Source: a virus
Taxonomy: Duplodnaviria > Caudoviricetes
IMG/VR virus record: IMGVR_UViG_2595698339_000001
Location: 1-64,000 of that record
Length of the DNA stretch: 64,000 nucleotides
Strand: one strand, 5' to 3'
Numbering within the stretch: the first letter of the stretch is position 1; each line of letters begins with the position of its first letter. Under the pieces are notes generated by a model. It searched no databases, was not told the origin of the DNA, and worked only from the letters and a program-made list of their open reading frames with translations. This document shows, in pieces, positions 37,915-44,992 of the stretch. Position numbers and translations under genes: made by a program.

Positions 37915-37948
37915 AATTCACTTCAGGTCAATTCACTTCACTGAATTC
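37915..37948. repeat. direct repeat AATTCACTTCA x2 plus CTTCACTGAA operator-like site
   Basis: Copies at 37915-37925 and 37930-37940. Confidence 0.65.
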
Positions 37949-37959
37949 TTAGAAACTTC

Positions 37960-38283
37960 TCAGGAATCGAGGTTGTGGATGGGGCGGCCGAAGACGTCCC
38001 GCGGCGGCGCCATAGGCACCGTGTCAGGACCCTCCGGGCTCACGAAAGGCGGTACGTCACTTGACGTTTCATCCGGCACCGCAGCTTGCAGCTTCGCCAC
38101 TTCAGCGAAGACCGTGCCGACGAACACCAGGAGGACGAAGATGACCATCACCCACCCCAAAACCGCCCCAAACGCGGAGAAGAAGAAGCCCAGAAGGGCC
38201 GCGAGGAAGAGAGCGAGGAACGACAGGCTGACGATCCCCCACAGGAACTTGACGACAATCACGGTAGCCCCCTTGAGCTGCAC
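37960..38283 (-). CDS. membrane protein (2 TM)
   Basis: Long hydrophobic N-terminal half. Confidence 0.75.
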   Translation of the reverse strand: MQLKGATVIVVKFLWGIVSLSFLALFLAALLGFFFSAFGAVLGWVMVIFVLLVFVGTVFAEVAKLQAAVPDETSSDVPPFVSPEGPDTVPMAPPRDVFGRPIHNLDS

Positions 38284-38458
38284 GTTTGTGACGGAATCGA
38301 GCGGTTAACTACAGGTAGCTATGTGTCAGATAATGCACGGCACACCGCTCGCAAACCATCTGCGAATACATGGCTTAGGACACCGTAAAAGCTGGTCTAA
38401 TGTTCCATTAACAGGATTGGGGCCTTCTGCCTCGCACCTGCTCTGACCAGCCTCTTTA

Positions 38459-38491
38459 GTTGTCCTGGTGTCGATAATACACTAGGACAAC
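38459..38491. promoter_or_regulatory. 13-7-13 inverted repeat upstream of integrase (candidate recombination core or operator)
   Basis: gttgtcctggtgt-cgataat-acactaggacaac, 12/13 symmetric. Confidence 0.5.
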
Positions 38492-38512
38492 GCTCAGGTG
38501 TAGGATAACTTT

Positions 38513-39394
38513 GTGACCGACGATTTGCTGGCAGAGCTCAAGGACTCCTGGCTCATGGAACTGCGGGCCGCGCGCAAGTCCGCCGAGACCATCCGGGCCT
38601 ACGGCGGTAGCGTGGAGGGCTACCTGAACTTCTGCGTCGAAGGAGAGCTGGCGCCACTGGAGAAGGCCAGCCTGCTGGCGTGGGTCAACTCCATGGCCAG
38701 CCTGCAACCGGCCACCGTGCATCTGCGACTGACCGCGGTGAAGCAGTTCATGCGCTGGGTGGCCGACGAGGAAGGCGTCAACGTCGACGGCCTGCTGGTG
38801 GTGCGCCCACCCAAGCTGGACCAGAAGGTGGTCAAGCACCTGTCCGACCGCGCCGTGCAAGCCCTGGTGGCCACCTGCGCGGGCAACACCTTCCGCGACC
38901 GCCGCGACAAGGCGCTCATCGTGCTGTTCACCGAGACCGGCATCCGGGCCGCGGAGATGCTCGCCCTCGACGTCGAGGACGTCAGCCTGGTCGACTGTCA
39001 GCTCACCGTGCGCCGCGGCAAGGGCGCCAAGGGCCGCCGCGTCAAGTACTCCCCGATGTGCGCGGCCACCATCGACAAATACCTGCGCGCGCGGCGCCGC
39101 GCTGGACACGGCTCCGAGGGGCCGCTGTGGATCGGCCTGGGGGGAAGACTCTCCTACACCGGAATGAAGTCCTCCCTGAAGCGCAGAGCCGACGATGCGG
39201 GGGTGCCAGGCTTCCACCCGCACCGGCTGCGGCACACCTCCGCGGTGCGCTGGCTCAAGGCCGGTGGCAGCGAGGCGGGACTCATGGCCCAAGCGGGCTG
39301 GCAATCCCGGCGTCAGATCGACCGCTACATCAAGAGCGCGGCCGAGGAGCTCGCATCGGACGAATTCGACCGACTGAATTTGAGCGTGGAGTAG
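38513..39394 (+). CDS. int: tyrosine integrase/recombinase (short, no obvious arm-binding domain)
   Basis: TGIRAAE (R), KG.K.R (K), HRLRH (HxxR), AGW (W), DRY (Y). Confidence 0.95.
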   Translation: MTDDLLAELKDSWLMELRAARKSAETIRAYGGSVEGYLNFCVEGELAPLEKASLLAWVNSMASLQPATVHLRLTAVKQFMRWVADEEGVNVDGLLVVRPPKLDQKVVKHLSDRAVQALVATCAGNTFRDRRDKALIVLFTETGIRAAEMLALDVEDVSLVDCQLTVRRGKGAKGRRVKYSPMCAATIDKYLRARRRAGHGSEGPLWIGLGGRLSYTGMKSSLKRRADDAGVPGFHPHRLRHTSAVRWLKAGGSEAGLMAQAGWQSRRQIDRYIKSAAEELASDEFDRLNLSVE

Positions 39395-39420
39395 ACACTT
39401 CACTGAACTGAAGCTAGGCT
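39392..39420 (+). promoter_or_regulatory. promoter TAGACA-17-TAGGCT with CTTCACTGAACTGAA filling the spacer
   Basis: Hexamers and dispersed motif seen directly. Confidence 0.65.
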
Positions 39421-39483
39421 GAAGTCAACCGCAATGGGGGCGAGGCAGCAATTGCCCGCACAAAAAGATATGGCCCTTCCGTA

Positions 39484-39512
39484 GCCACCTCCGGTTCGCC
39501 GGGGGTGGCTCT
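39484..39512 (+). terminator. hairpin terminator
   Basis: gccacctccgg/ccgggggtggc stem followed by tctt. Confidence 0.6.
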
Positions 39513-39532
39513 TCATTGCACTGAGGATCAGC

Positions 39533-39772
39533 ATGACCCCCGAAGACCTCGCCCGCCGCGCGACCATCGCCTCCCACGCCTCGTGGGGCAAGACCGTGGA
39601 CCGCACCGCGCGCACCGCGCCCGCGCGCGCCAAGTTCGAGCAGCGCTTCCTCGACCAGGCGGGCGGAGACCCCCAGCGCGCGGCCAGCCTGCGCAAGGAG
39701 TACTTCGCCCGCCTCAACGACAAGTCAATCCGCGCGCGTCGGCGCCGGGTCAACTCACCGGCTCGGCCTTGA
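39533..39772 (+). CDS. small basic protein adjacent to integrase
   Basis: GAGGA RBS; SW..T.DRTART.PAR motif. Confidence 0.75.
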   Translation: MTPEDLARRATIASHASWGKTVDRTARTAPARAKFEQRFLDQAGGDPQRAASLRKEYFARLNDKSIRARRRRVNSPARP

Positions 39773-40523
39773 ACCAGCGCCGCTTGGCCTGCCAGGAATA
39801 CGCAGACGTCAGGGCGAAGCCGATCCCGCAGGCCGACGCCAGCACCCAGATCGACAGGCTGGAGATCATGTGTGACTGCACCCCGGGGGTCGCCAGGTCG
39901 GTGACCGCCCGGGACAGGCAGGCCGCGGCGCCGCAGATCGAGGCGATGAGATAGACCCGCGCAATCGACCGGCTCCTGGGGTCGTGGAGGAGCTTGACGG
40001 TTGCGCGGGAGCCATATACGAGCAACCACACCAGCACGACGCACAGCAGTAGCCAGTACAGCCGAAGCCAGGGGAGCTCAGTAGTGGGGGCGGTGAAGAA
40101 ATCGGGATAGTTCTCCTCGCCCGCTTGAGACAGGGTGAACACCGCCAGCAAGAGCGGCACCGCCAGCGTGGCCGGTGTCTCCACCCAGAGTTTGAATGCG
40201 CGCTGTTGGACCTCGGCGCCCTTGAGGCGGCCGATGACATTGAACGCCGCGGCCGACGCCGCCACGATGTAGCAATCGTGCCCGACGTAGTCCTCGAGGT
40301 TGTATTGCCCGGTCAGGGAGTGGAGCCACTCACCGAGCGTCGCCGAGGCAAACGGCGACATGAGAATTACAGCTAAGCCTTGAAGGGCGACGTTGATGGT
40401 GGCCGCCCTCTCCCAGCTACTCCGCCACGTAAGGCGGCGAATCCACAGGCTCCAGCAGACAGAAGCCAACGTGGCAATGATGAGACAAGCGACGGTCATG
40501 TACGTTCCACCCGGATTAAACAT
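39750..40523 (-). CDS. polytopic membrane protein (about 7 TM)
   Basis: Multiple hydrophobic helices; own candidate promoter upstream. Confidence 0.85.
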   Translation of the reverse strand: MFNPGGTYMTVACLIIATLASVCWSLWIRRLTWRSSWERAATINVALQGLAVILMSPFASATLGEWLHSLTGQYNLEDYVGHDCYIVAASAAAFNVIGRLKGAEVQQRAFKLWVETPATLAVPLLLAVFTLSQAGEENYPDFFTAPTTELPWLRLYWLLLCVVLVWLLVYGSRATVKLLHDPRSRSIARVYLIASICGAAACLSRAVTDLATPGVQSHMISSLSIWVLASACGIGFALTSAYSWQAKRRWFKAEPVS

Positions 40524-40558
40524 TGCTGGCGATCCCTCTTATCCCCAGCGCCGAGGAA

Positions 40559-40587
40559 AATGTACTCTAAACCGTTTAAGATCGGAA
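40559..40587 (-). promoter_or_regulatory. candidate promoter TTCCGA-17-TACATT
   Basis: AT-rich intergenic region, 17-nt spacing. Confidence 0.4.
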
Positions 40588-40617
40588 GTAGCTAATTTTC
40601 ATAGCTAACAACCAAAT

Positions 40618-41058
40618 TCACAGCGGAGGAGCGTCCTCGCGGTACAGGGTGGGCTTAACCTGCTTCGCCGCGCTCATCATGGTGACCACCCCCTTTCTCG
40701 TGAGTAGCTGAGGGTCCGCCTCCTCCAGCAGCATCTGCAGCATGGCCTTGACCTCGCCGAGCTCCTTGTGGACGTCCTCGATGGTGGGCTTGCCATCCAT
40801 CGCGGCAGGGTAGCCACCCATGCGACGGCCCTCTTCGGCGCCGCCGCCGATGTGCTCACCGAACGCCTCGGCGTTGGTCACACTCGGACGGTCACCGTGC
40901 TTGCACCACTGCGTCATTGTCGACCCACTGAGTCCAAGCACCTCCGCAGCCTGCGCCCTTGTCAAGCTGCGCCTGCGTATCCAGTCGATTACGTACGTGC
41001 TCCAGCGGTCCCGATCTGCGTCGGTCCACTGCTCCTCATTCGACCCCATGCGACACAC
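40618..41058 (-). CDS. XRE-family HTH protein, probable immunity repressor
   Basis: LTRAQAAEVLGLSGSTMTQW HTH; divergent from the early right arm. Confidence 0.8.
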   Translation of the reverse strand: MCRMGSNEEQWTDADRDRWSTYVIDWIRRRSLTRAQAAEVLGLSGSTMTQWCKHGDRPSVTNAEAFGEHIGGGAEEGRRMGGYPAAMDGKPTIEDVHKELGEVKAMLQMLLEEADPQLLTRKGVVTMMSAAKQVKPTLYREDAPPL

Positions 41059-41062
41059 CCTA

Positions 41063-41244
41063 CCTCACTGAACTGAACTTCATCAAGATGGGTATTTGCT
41101 AGACAATCTATGGGACAACGCAAATACCCTGGTAGGACGTTTGACGTACAGGCAGCAAAGGTTAGCAACGTACCCGGTACCGCTGGTTTCGACTTAATCA
41201 CATGCTTGCGAGCTGCGTTTCGCTGTGCTTTAGTTCACTAAAGC
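41063..41244. promoter_or_regulatory. divergent control region with operator-like sites
   Basis: CCTCACTGAACTGAA 41063-41077; gggtatttgc/gcaaataccc 41090-41129; gctttagt-tc-actaaagc 41227-41244. Confidence 0.7.
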
Positions 41245-41274
41245 GAACAGAAACCGAAGCCGAAGGAGGGCAAC

Positions 41275-41373
41275 ATGTTCGGAATCCTGAGCGACACCAT
41301 AAGGCGAGTTATCTTCCGCAAGCAAATCGCGGCCGCCATGCAGCGCCACCCCGCAGGCAGCGCACGGCGATGA
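41275..41373 (+). CDS. small protein (32 aa, MFGILSDTIRR...)
   Basis: AAGGAGG RBS; ATGA coupling to the next gene. Confidence 0.6.
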   Translation: MFGILSDTIRRVIFRKQIAAAMQRHPAGSARR

Positions 41374-41507
41374 ACGAACTCCTCCGCCACGACGAAACGC
41401 CCACCTCCAAGTTCCTGGCCAACGCCTACTACGTGACCATGTTCAGCGCGGTCGGCATCGGCTCTCTTCTCCTCATCCTCGCAGTTCTCACCGGAAGGGC
41501 ATCATGA
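41370..41507 (+). CDS. small membrane protein
   Basis: Single TM; coupled at both ends. Confidence 0.65.
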   Translation: MNELLRHDETPTSKFLANAYYVTMFSAVGIGSLLLILAVLTGRAS

Positions 41508-42349
41508 CCACCGACATCTACGACCGCGACGGGAACCTCCTGCACGCCTCCAGGTTCGACGGCCTTCGCGCCGCAGTGGAAGACGCCGCCTCCCGGGGCA
41601 TTTCCCTGCAGTGGGCCGATCTCCGCGGAGCCGACCTGTCCCGCGCCTACCTCGCAGGTGTCAACCTGTCCCGCGCCAACCTGAATAACGCCAACCTGTC
41701 CCGAGCTCAGCTGCAAGACGCCAACCTCAATGGCGCCTGCTTAATCGGCGCTGACCTGACCTACGCGGGGGCGATCTCGGCCAGCCTTGTCGACGCCAAC
41801 CTCGTGCGCGCCAACCTGAGCAGTGCAACGCTCCAGTCAGCCAACCTGGCCTACGCCAGACTGTTCGGGGCCAACCTCTCCCGGGCCAACTTTGACGATG
41901 CCAACCTGGTCCACGCCAGCCTGATAGAGGCCAACGCCGCTAACGCCTCCTTCGAGGGTGTCAACCTCCGTCACGCCGAACTGGAGCGGATCAAGAACCT
42001 CAATCCGCACACGGCCGCCGAGCTGCTGGTCCCGCCCGCGGAAGGCGCCTTCACGGCCTGGAAGAAGGCCCAGCTCGGGAGCATCGTCAAGCTCACCATC
42101 CCCGCCCACGCGCAGCGCTCCAATGCCACCAGCCGCAAGTGCCGCGCATCGGAGGCGTACGTCGAAGCCATCTACGACGAATATGGCGCCCCCGTCTCGT
42201 CGGCGCGCAGCCTGCACGACCCGTACTTCATCTACCATGTCGGCGCGATTGTCACGCCTCGTGTCGAAGGCTTCGAGCCCGACCGCTGGCAGGAATGCGC
42301 CCCCGGCATCCACTTCTTCATCACCCGCAGCGAAGCAGAGGCATACTGA
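41504..42349 (+). CDS. pentapeptide repeat protein with C-terminal domain (KCRAS...ECAPGIHFF)
   Basis: Tandem A(D/N)Lxx repeats. Confidence 0.92.
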   Translation: MTTDIYDRDGNLLHASRFDGLRAAVEDAASRGISLQWADLRGADLSRAYLAGVNLSRANLNNANLSRAQLQDANLNGACLIGADLTYAGAISASLVDANLVRANLSSATLQSANLAYARLFGANLSRANFDDANLVHASLIEANAANASFEGVNLRHAELERIKNLNPHTAAELLVPPAEGAFTAWKKAQLGSIVKLTIPAHAQRSNATSRKCRASEAYVEAIYDEYGAPVSSARSLHDPYFIYHVGAIVTPRVEGFEPDRWQECAPGIHFFITRSEAEAY

Positions 42350-42350
42350 C

Positions 42351-42497
42351 ATGGACAAGGCCACCGTCATCGCCAAGCTCATGGACATCCAAGAGCTGTG
42401 CAACGAAGCCCTCACCACTGCCGACCACAACAACCCGTGGTCCACCGCCAAGCCCTTGGCCAACAAGATTCTCGGCATCATCAAGGCTCAGTCATGA
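42351..42497 (+). CDS. hypothetical protein (48 aa)
   Basis: GAGG RBS, coupled downstream. Confidence 0.6.
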   Translation: MDKATVIAKLMDIQELCNEALTTADHNNPWSTAKPLANKILGIIKAQS

Positions 42498-42772
42498 GCT
42501 TCACCAAAACCGACGACGACATCATCGCCGAATTGTCGGAGCAGTTCTTCCTCGAATGCCAGGGGGCGAAGTGCAACCGCGAAGCCGAATACCTTCTCTG
42601 GCGCCGCCACGGTAAACGTCAGTGTGGCGCCAAGGTCTACACCTGCAGCGCGTGCCTGCGCGACACCGAGAATCGCTGGATCATCCTGCTCAACTCCGGT
42701 GGCGGCTGCGAACGCTGCGCCGAACCGTTCGAGGGTCACCTCTCGGACAACCTGCGCTACATCAAGCTCTGA
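42494..42772 (+). CDS. zinc-binding protein
   Basis: Several CxxC pairs; ATGA coupling. Confidence 0.7.
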   Translation: MSFTKTDDDIIAELSEQFFLECQGAKCNREAEYLLWRRHGKRQCGAKVYTCSACLRDTENRWIILLNSGGGCERCAEPFEGHLSDNLRYIKL

Positions 42773-42802
42773 AAACAACTCAAAATTAGTTCCCGGAACG
42801 AC

Positions 42803-42854
42803 TGGACAACCCGGAGATAAGCGGGTAACTTTAGTCCAGTGAAGTTCAGTAAAG
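42803..42854 (+). promoter_or_regulatory. promoter TGGACA-17-TAACTT with operator-like site at the start point
   Basis: Hexamers; CTTTACTGAACTTCA on the minus strand at 42840-42854. Confidence 0.55.
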
Positions 42855-43290
42855 CGGGGGAGATGCCTCGCACACGAGGACGAATCTCCATCACCCGAAT
42901 AGGGACTCACACAATCTTCTGACCGCATTCTGACGGTCAATCTAAAGCTCCAGGAAAGCTGGGCTTACTATCGCGGCGGCGAGAACGCAAACCTAGAGGA
43001 CAATCTTCAGCAGTAACTCCGCACTGGCTCTGAGCCGTTGAACGTGGCTACGACGAGTTGGGACGAGCTTCTTCGCGCTGTTGTTTTGTCTGAGCGTGTG
43101 GCATAAGGCCAGAGAAGACCTCTTACATCTTCTTCCGGGGACGTCATATCCCCGGCGCGCACAGTCCCTGAGAGCATATCCGCTCTATGTGGGATTACCA
43201 AGACCACCCTTGAGGTTGAGTCGTCATTGTCCATCACGGTCCCGCTCACATTGGGTTGAGCGTGGCTGAATGGCGACTCCCTCAAGGGTG
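42838..43290 (+). ncRNA. putative large structured RNA or 5' leader
   Basis: At least six stem-loops in a gene-free, lower-GC interval; G-U pairs favour the + strand. Confidence 0.5.
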
Positions 43291-43315
43291 AAAACACCAA
43301 CCAAGGAGGGTTTGA

Positions 43316-43621
43316 ATGCTGCTCGCACATTGCTCGGAAGACGAGAAGGTCCTACTGACCGCCTACCTCGCGCTAACCCCCGAGGGTCCTTCCCTCCTTG
43401 CCCCGAGGGACGCTGAGTCGACCCTGGCTTCGTACCTCGCCCTTCAGCCCGCCGATCAACCCCTCCAACACACCCCGCCGCCGCAGTACACCGCCGCCCT
43501 CGGTGAACTCGCACGCTCATTCCACCACCTGAGTCACCGCCGAAAGTTGAAGCAGGGCAGGGGATTTGCCTCCTTCCACGAGGTCCGCGCCCACCCCCGC
43601 TACGGCACCAGCGTCCGCTGA
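43316..43621 (+). CDS. hypothetical protein
   Basis: AAGGAGG RBS. Confidence 0.7.
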   Translation: MLLAHCSEDEKVLLTAYLALTPEGPSLLAPRDAESTLASYLALQPADQPLQHTPPPQYTAALGELARSFHHLSHRRKLKQGRGFASFHEVRAHPRYGTSVR

Positions 43622-43639
43622 AAAGGTGGAGGCCAAGAA

Positions 43640-43747
43640 ATGAGGTCACGACTCGCCGCCCTGCTCGGTCGCCTCTATGGCTGGCTGGAAGAACAACTCT
43701 TCGATCCCTTCCCTGACGCTCTCTCTGAGCTCTGGCCTGCCGAGTAG
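43640..43747 (+). CDS. small protein (35 aa, MRSRLAALLGRLYGW...)
   Basis: GGAGG RBS; read manually. Confidence 0.55.
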   Translation: MRSRLAALLGRLYGWLEEQLFDPFPDALSELWPAE

Positions 43748-43754
43748 GTACCCC

Positions 43755-44054
43755 ATGGCCGAGGACGTCAAACATCCGCACCACTGCGGAAAATGCACCA
43801 AGCGCTGGGGAGGTCTCAACACCTCCCACTGCGGGGCCTGCCACACCACCTTCACCGGCCTAACCGCCTTCGAGAAGCACCGCCACAAAGGCACCTGCCT
43901 CACCCCCGAGGCCGCGGGCCTGGCCCTCACCGGCCGCGAATACGAGTGCTACGGCGCCCCAATCACCAACGACCGCTGGAGACCTGATGCACTACAAGCT
44001 CAAGTACGACCGCAAGGAAGTGAAGTACACGATCACCGCCCCCGGCGTGCATGA
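43755..44054 (+). CDS. zinc-binding protein (FDXHR-like: HCGKC, HCGACH, FEKHR)
   Basis: Motif pattern. Confidence 0.75.
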   Translation: MAEDVKHPHHCGKCTKRWGGLNTSHCGACHTTFTGLTAFEKHRHKGTCLTPEAAGLALTGREYECYGAPITNDRWRPDALQAQVRPQGSEVHDHRPRRA

Positions 44055-44148
44055 AGAGTTCACCATGTGGACTGCGCATCGGGTGTGGGACTGGATTCAG
44101 AATCACCTGACTCCTGGCGACACACTCCACTTCGTCCCCGAGACCTGA
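43987..44148 (+). CDS. small protein (53 aa, MHYKLKYDRK...)
   Basis: GGAG RBS; read manually; overlaps the upstream ORF. Confidence 0.55.
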   Translation: MHYKLKYDRKEVKYTITAPGVHEEFTMWTAHRVWDWIQNHLTPGDTLHFVPET

Positions 44149-44173
44149 CCCCACGGGCGCCCGTCCGGGCAAC

Positions 44174-44330
44174 TCACCCTCCTCGCCACAGGGTGTGGGA
44201 CGCGCGCGCCCAGCGTGGCTGGCTGGGGTCTTTCCTCCTTTCTACCCAGTCAGTCGCCACCCCATTAGAGACCCCCACCAAGGTTCCCTCCTTCCCTTGG
44301 TGGGGGTCTCTCCTTACTTCCCAAGGAGAT
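44174..44330 (+). ncRNA. putative multi-hairpin RNA with anti-SD (CCUCCUU) loops
   Basis: Perfect 17-bp stem 44267-44311 with loop ttccctccttc; second stem with loop containing ttcctccttt. Confidence 0.5.
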
Positions 44331-44336
44331 TCACCC

Positions 44337-44669
44337 ATGAAGAAAACCCTCATCGCCGCCGCGCTCGCGGCCGCCGCACTACTCACCCCGTCCTGCTCGC
44401 TGATGAGCCACCAGGTCTACACCGACTGCACCGTGCAGGCCAAGGACACCCTCCTCGACGGCAACGGCGACGGCGGCGTCACGCGCACCAAGCGCGTCAC
44501 CACCACCTGCGGCGCCTTCGACGTCGAGGACTCCCTCGCGGGCGGCTTCAACTCGTGGGACCTCTGGACCGCCCTGGAGGTGGGCAAGACCTACGACATC
44601 GAGACGGGCGGCCCCCGTGTCGGCTTCTTCTCCATGTTCCCCTACGTCACGAAGGTCACCGCGAAGTGA
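44337..44669 (+). CDS. secreted protein / lipoprotein
   Basis: MKKTLIAAALAAAALLTPSC signal peptide ending in Cys; AAGGAG RBS. Confidence 0.8.
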   Translation: MKKTLIAAALAAAALLTPSCSLMSHQVYTDCTVQAKDTLLDGNGDGGVTRTKRVTTTCGAFDVEDSLAGGFNSWDLWTALEVGKTYDIETGGPRVGFFSMFPYVTKVTAK

Positions 44670-44992
44670 ACACCATCGAGATTCTCGAGAAGGCCAAAGA
44701 GCTCGCCCCCGAGAAGTGGGATGAAGGGGCTTCACTGGGCTATTCCGACTCCCCCTGCTGCATCCTCGGCCTCGTGGGACACGCCCGCTTCGGGGAGAGT
44801 TGGGATCACTCCTACATCTCCCTAGATGAGGATGGGGACGCCGCCGCCGCGGTTGAAGCCCTCGCCGCGGTCTCCCTCCCCTATGGGGGAGATGCCCAGG
44901 AGAAGGTGTACCGCCACAACGACGCCCACCTGAAGACCGTCGCGCAGGTGCAGTCCTTCATCGACCGCGCCATCGAGAATCACCGGGGATGA
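44666..44992 (+). CDS. hypothetical protein (CCILG...HND)
   Basis: GTGA coupling. Confidence 0.7.
   Translation: MNTIEILEKAKELAPEKWDEGASLGYSDSPCCILGLVGHARFGESWDHSYISLDEDGDAAAAVEALAAVSLPYGGDAQEKVYRHNDAHLKTVAQVQSFIDRAIENHRG

Noticed and set aside
38290-38512. tRNA-derived attP core
   Set aside because: No T-arm/acceptor (GGTTCGA..CC) sequence is visible near the integrase
42838-43290. Structured region as retron msr-msd, DGR template or group I/II intron
   Set aside because: No reverse transcriptase in the window, no interrupted gene and no recognisable intron core motifs by eye
43007-43330. Minus-strand 107-aa ORF and + strand 62-aa ORF in the gap
   Set aside because: No RBS, atypical codon usage, and the minus ORF opposes the operon direction
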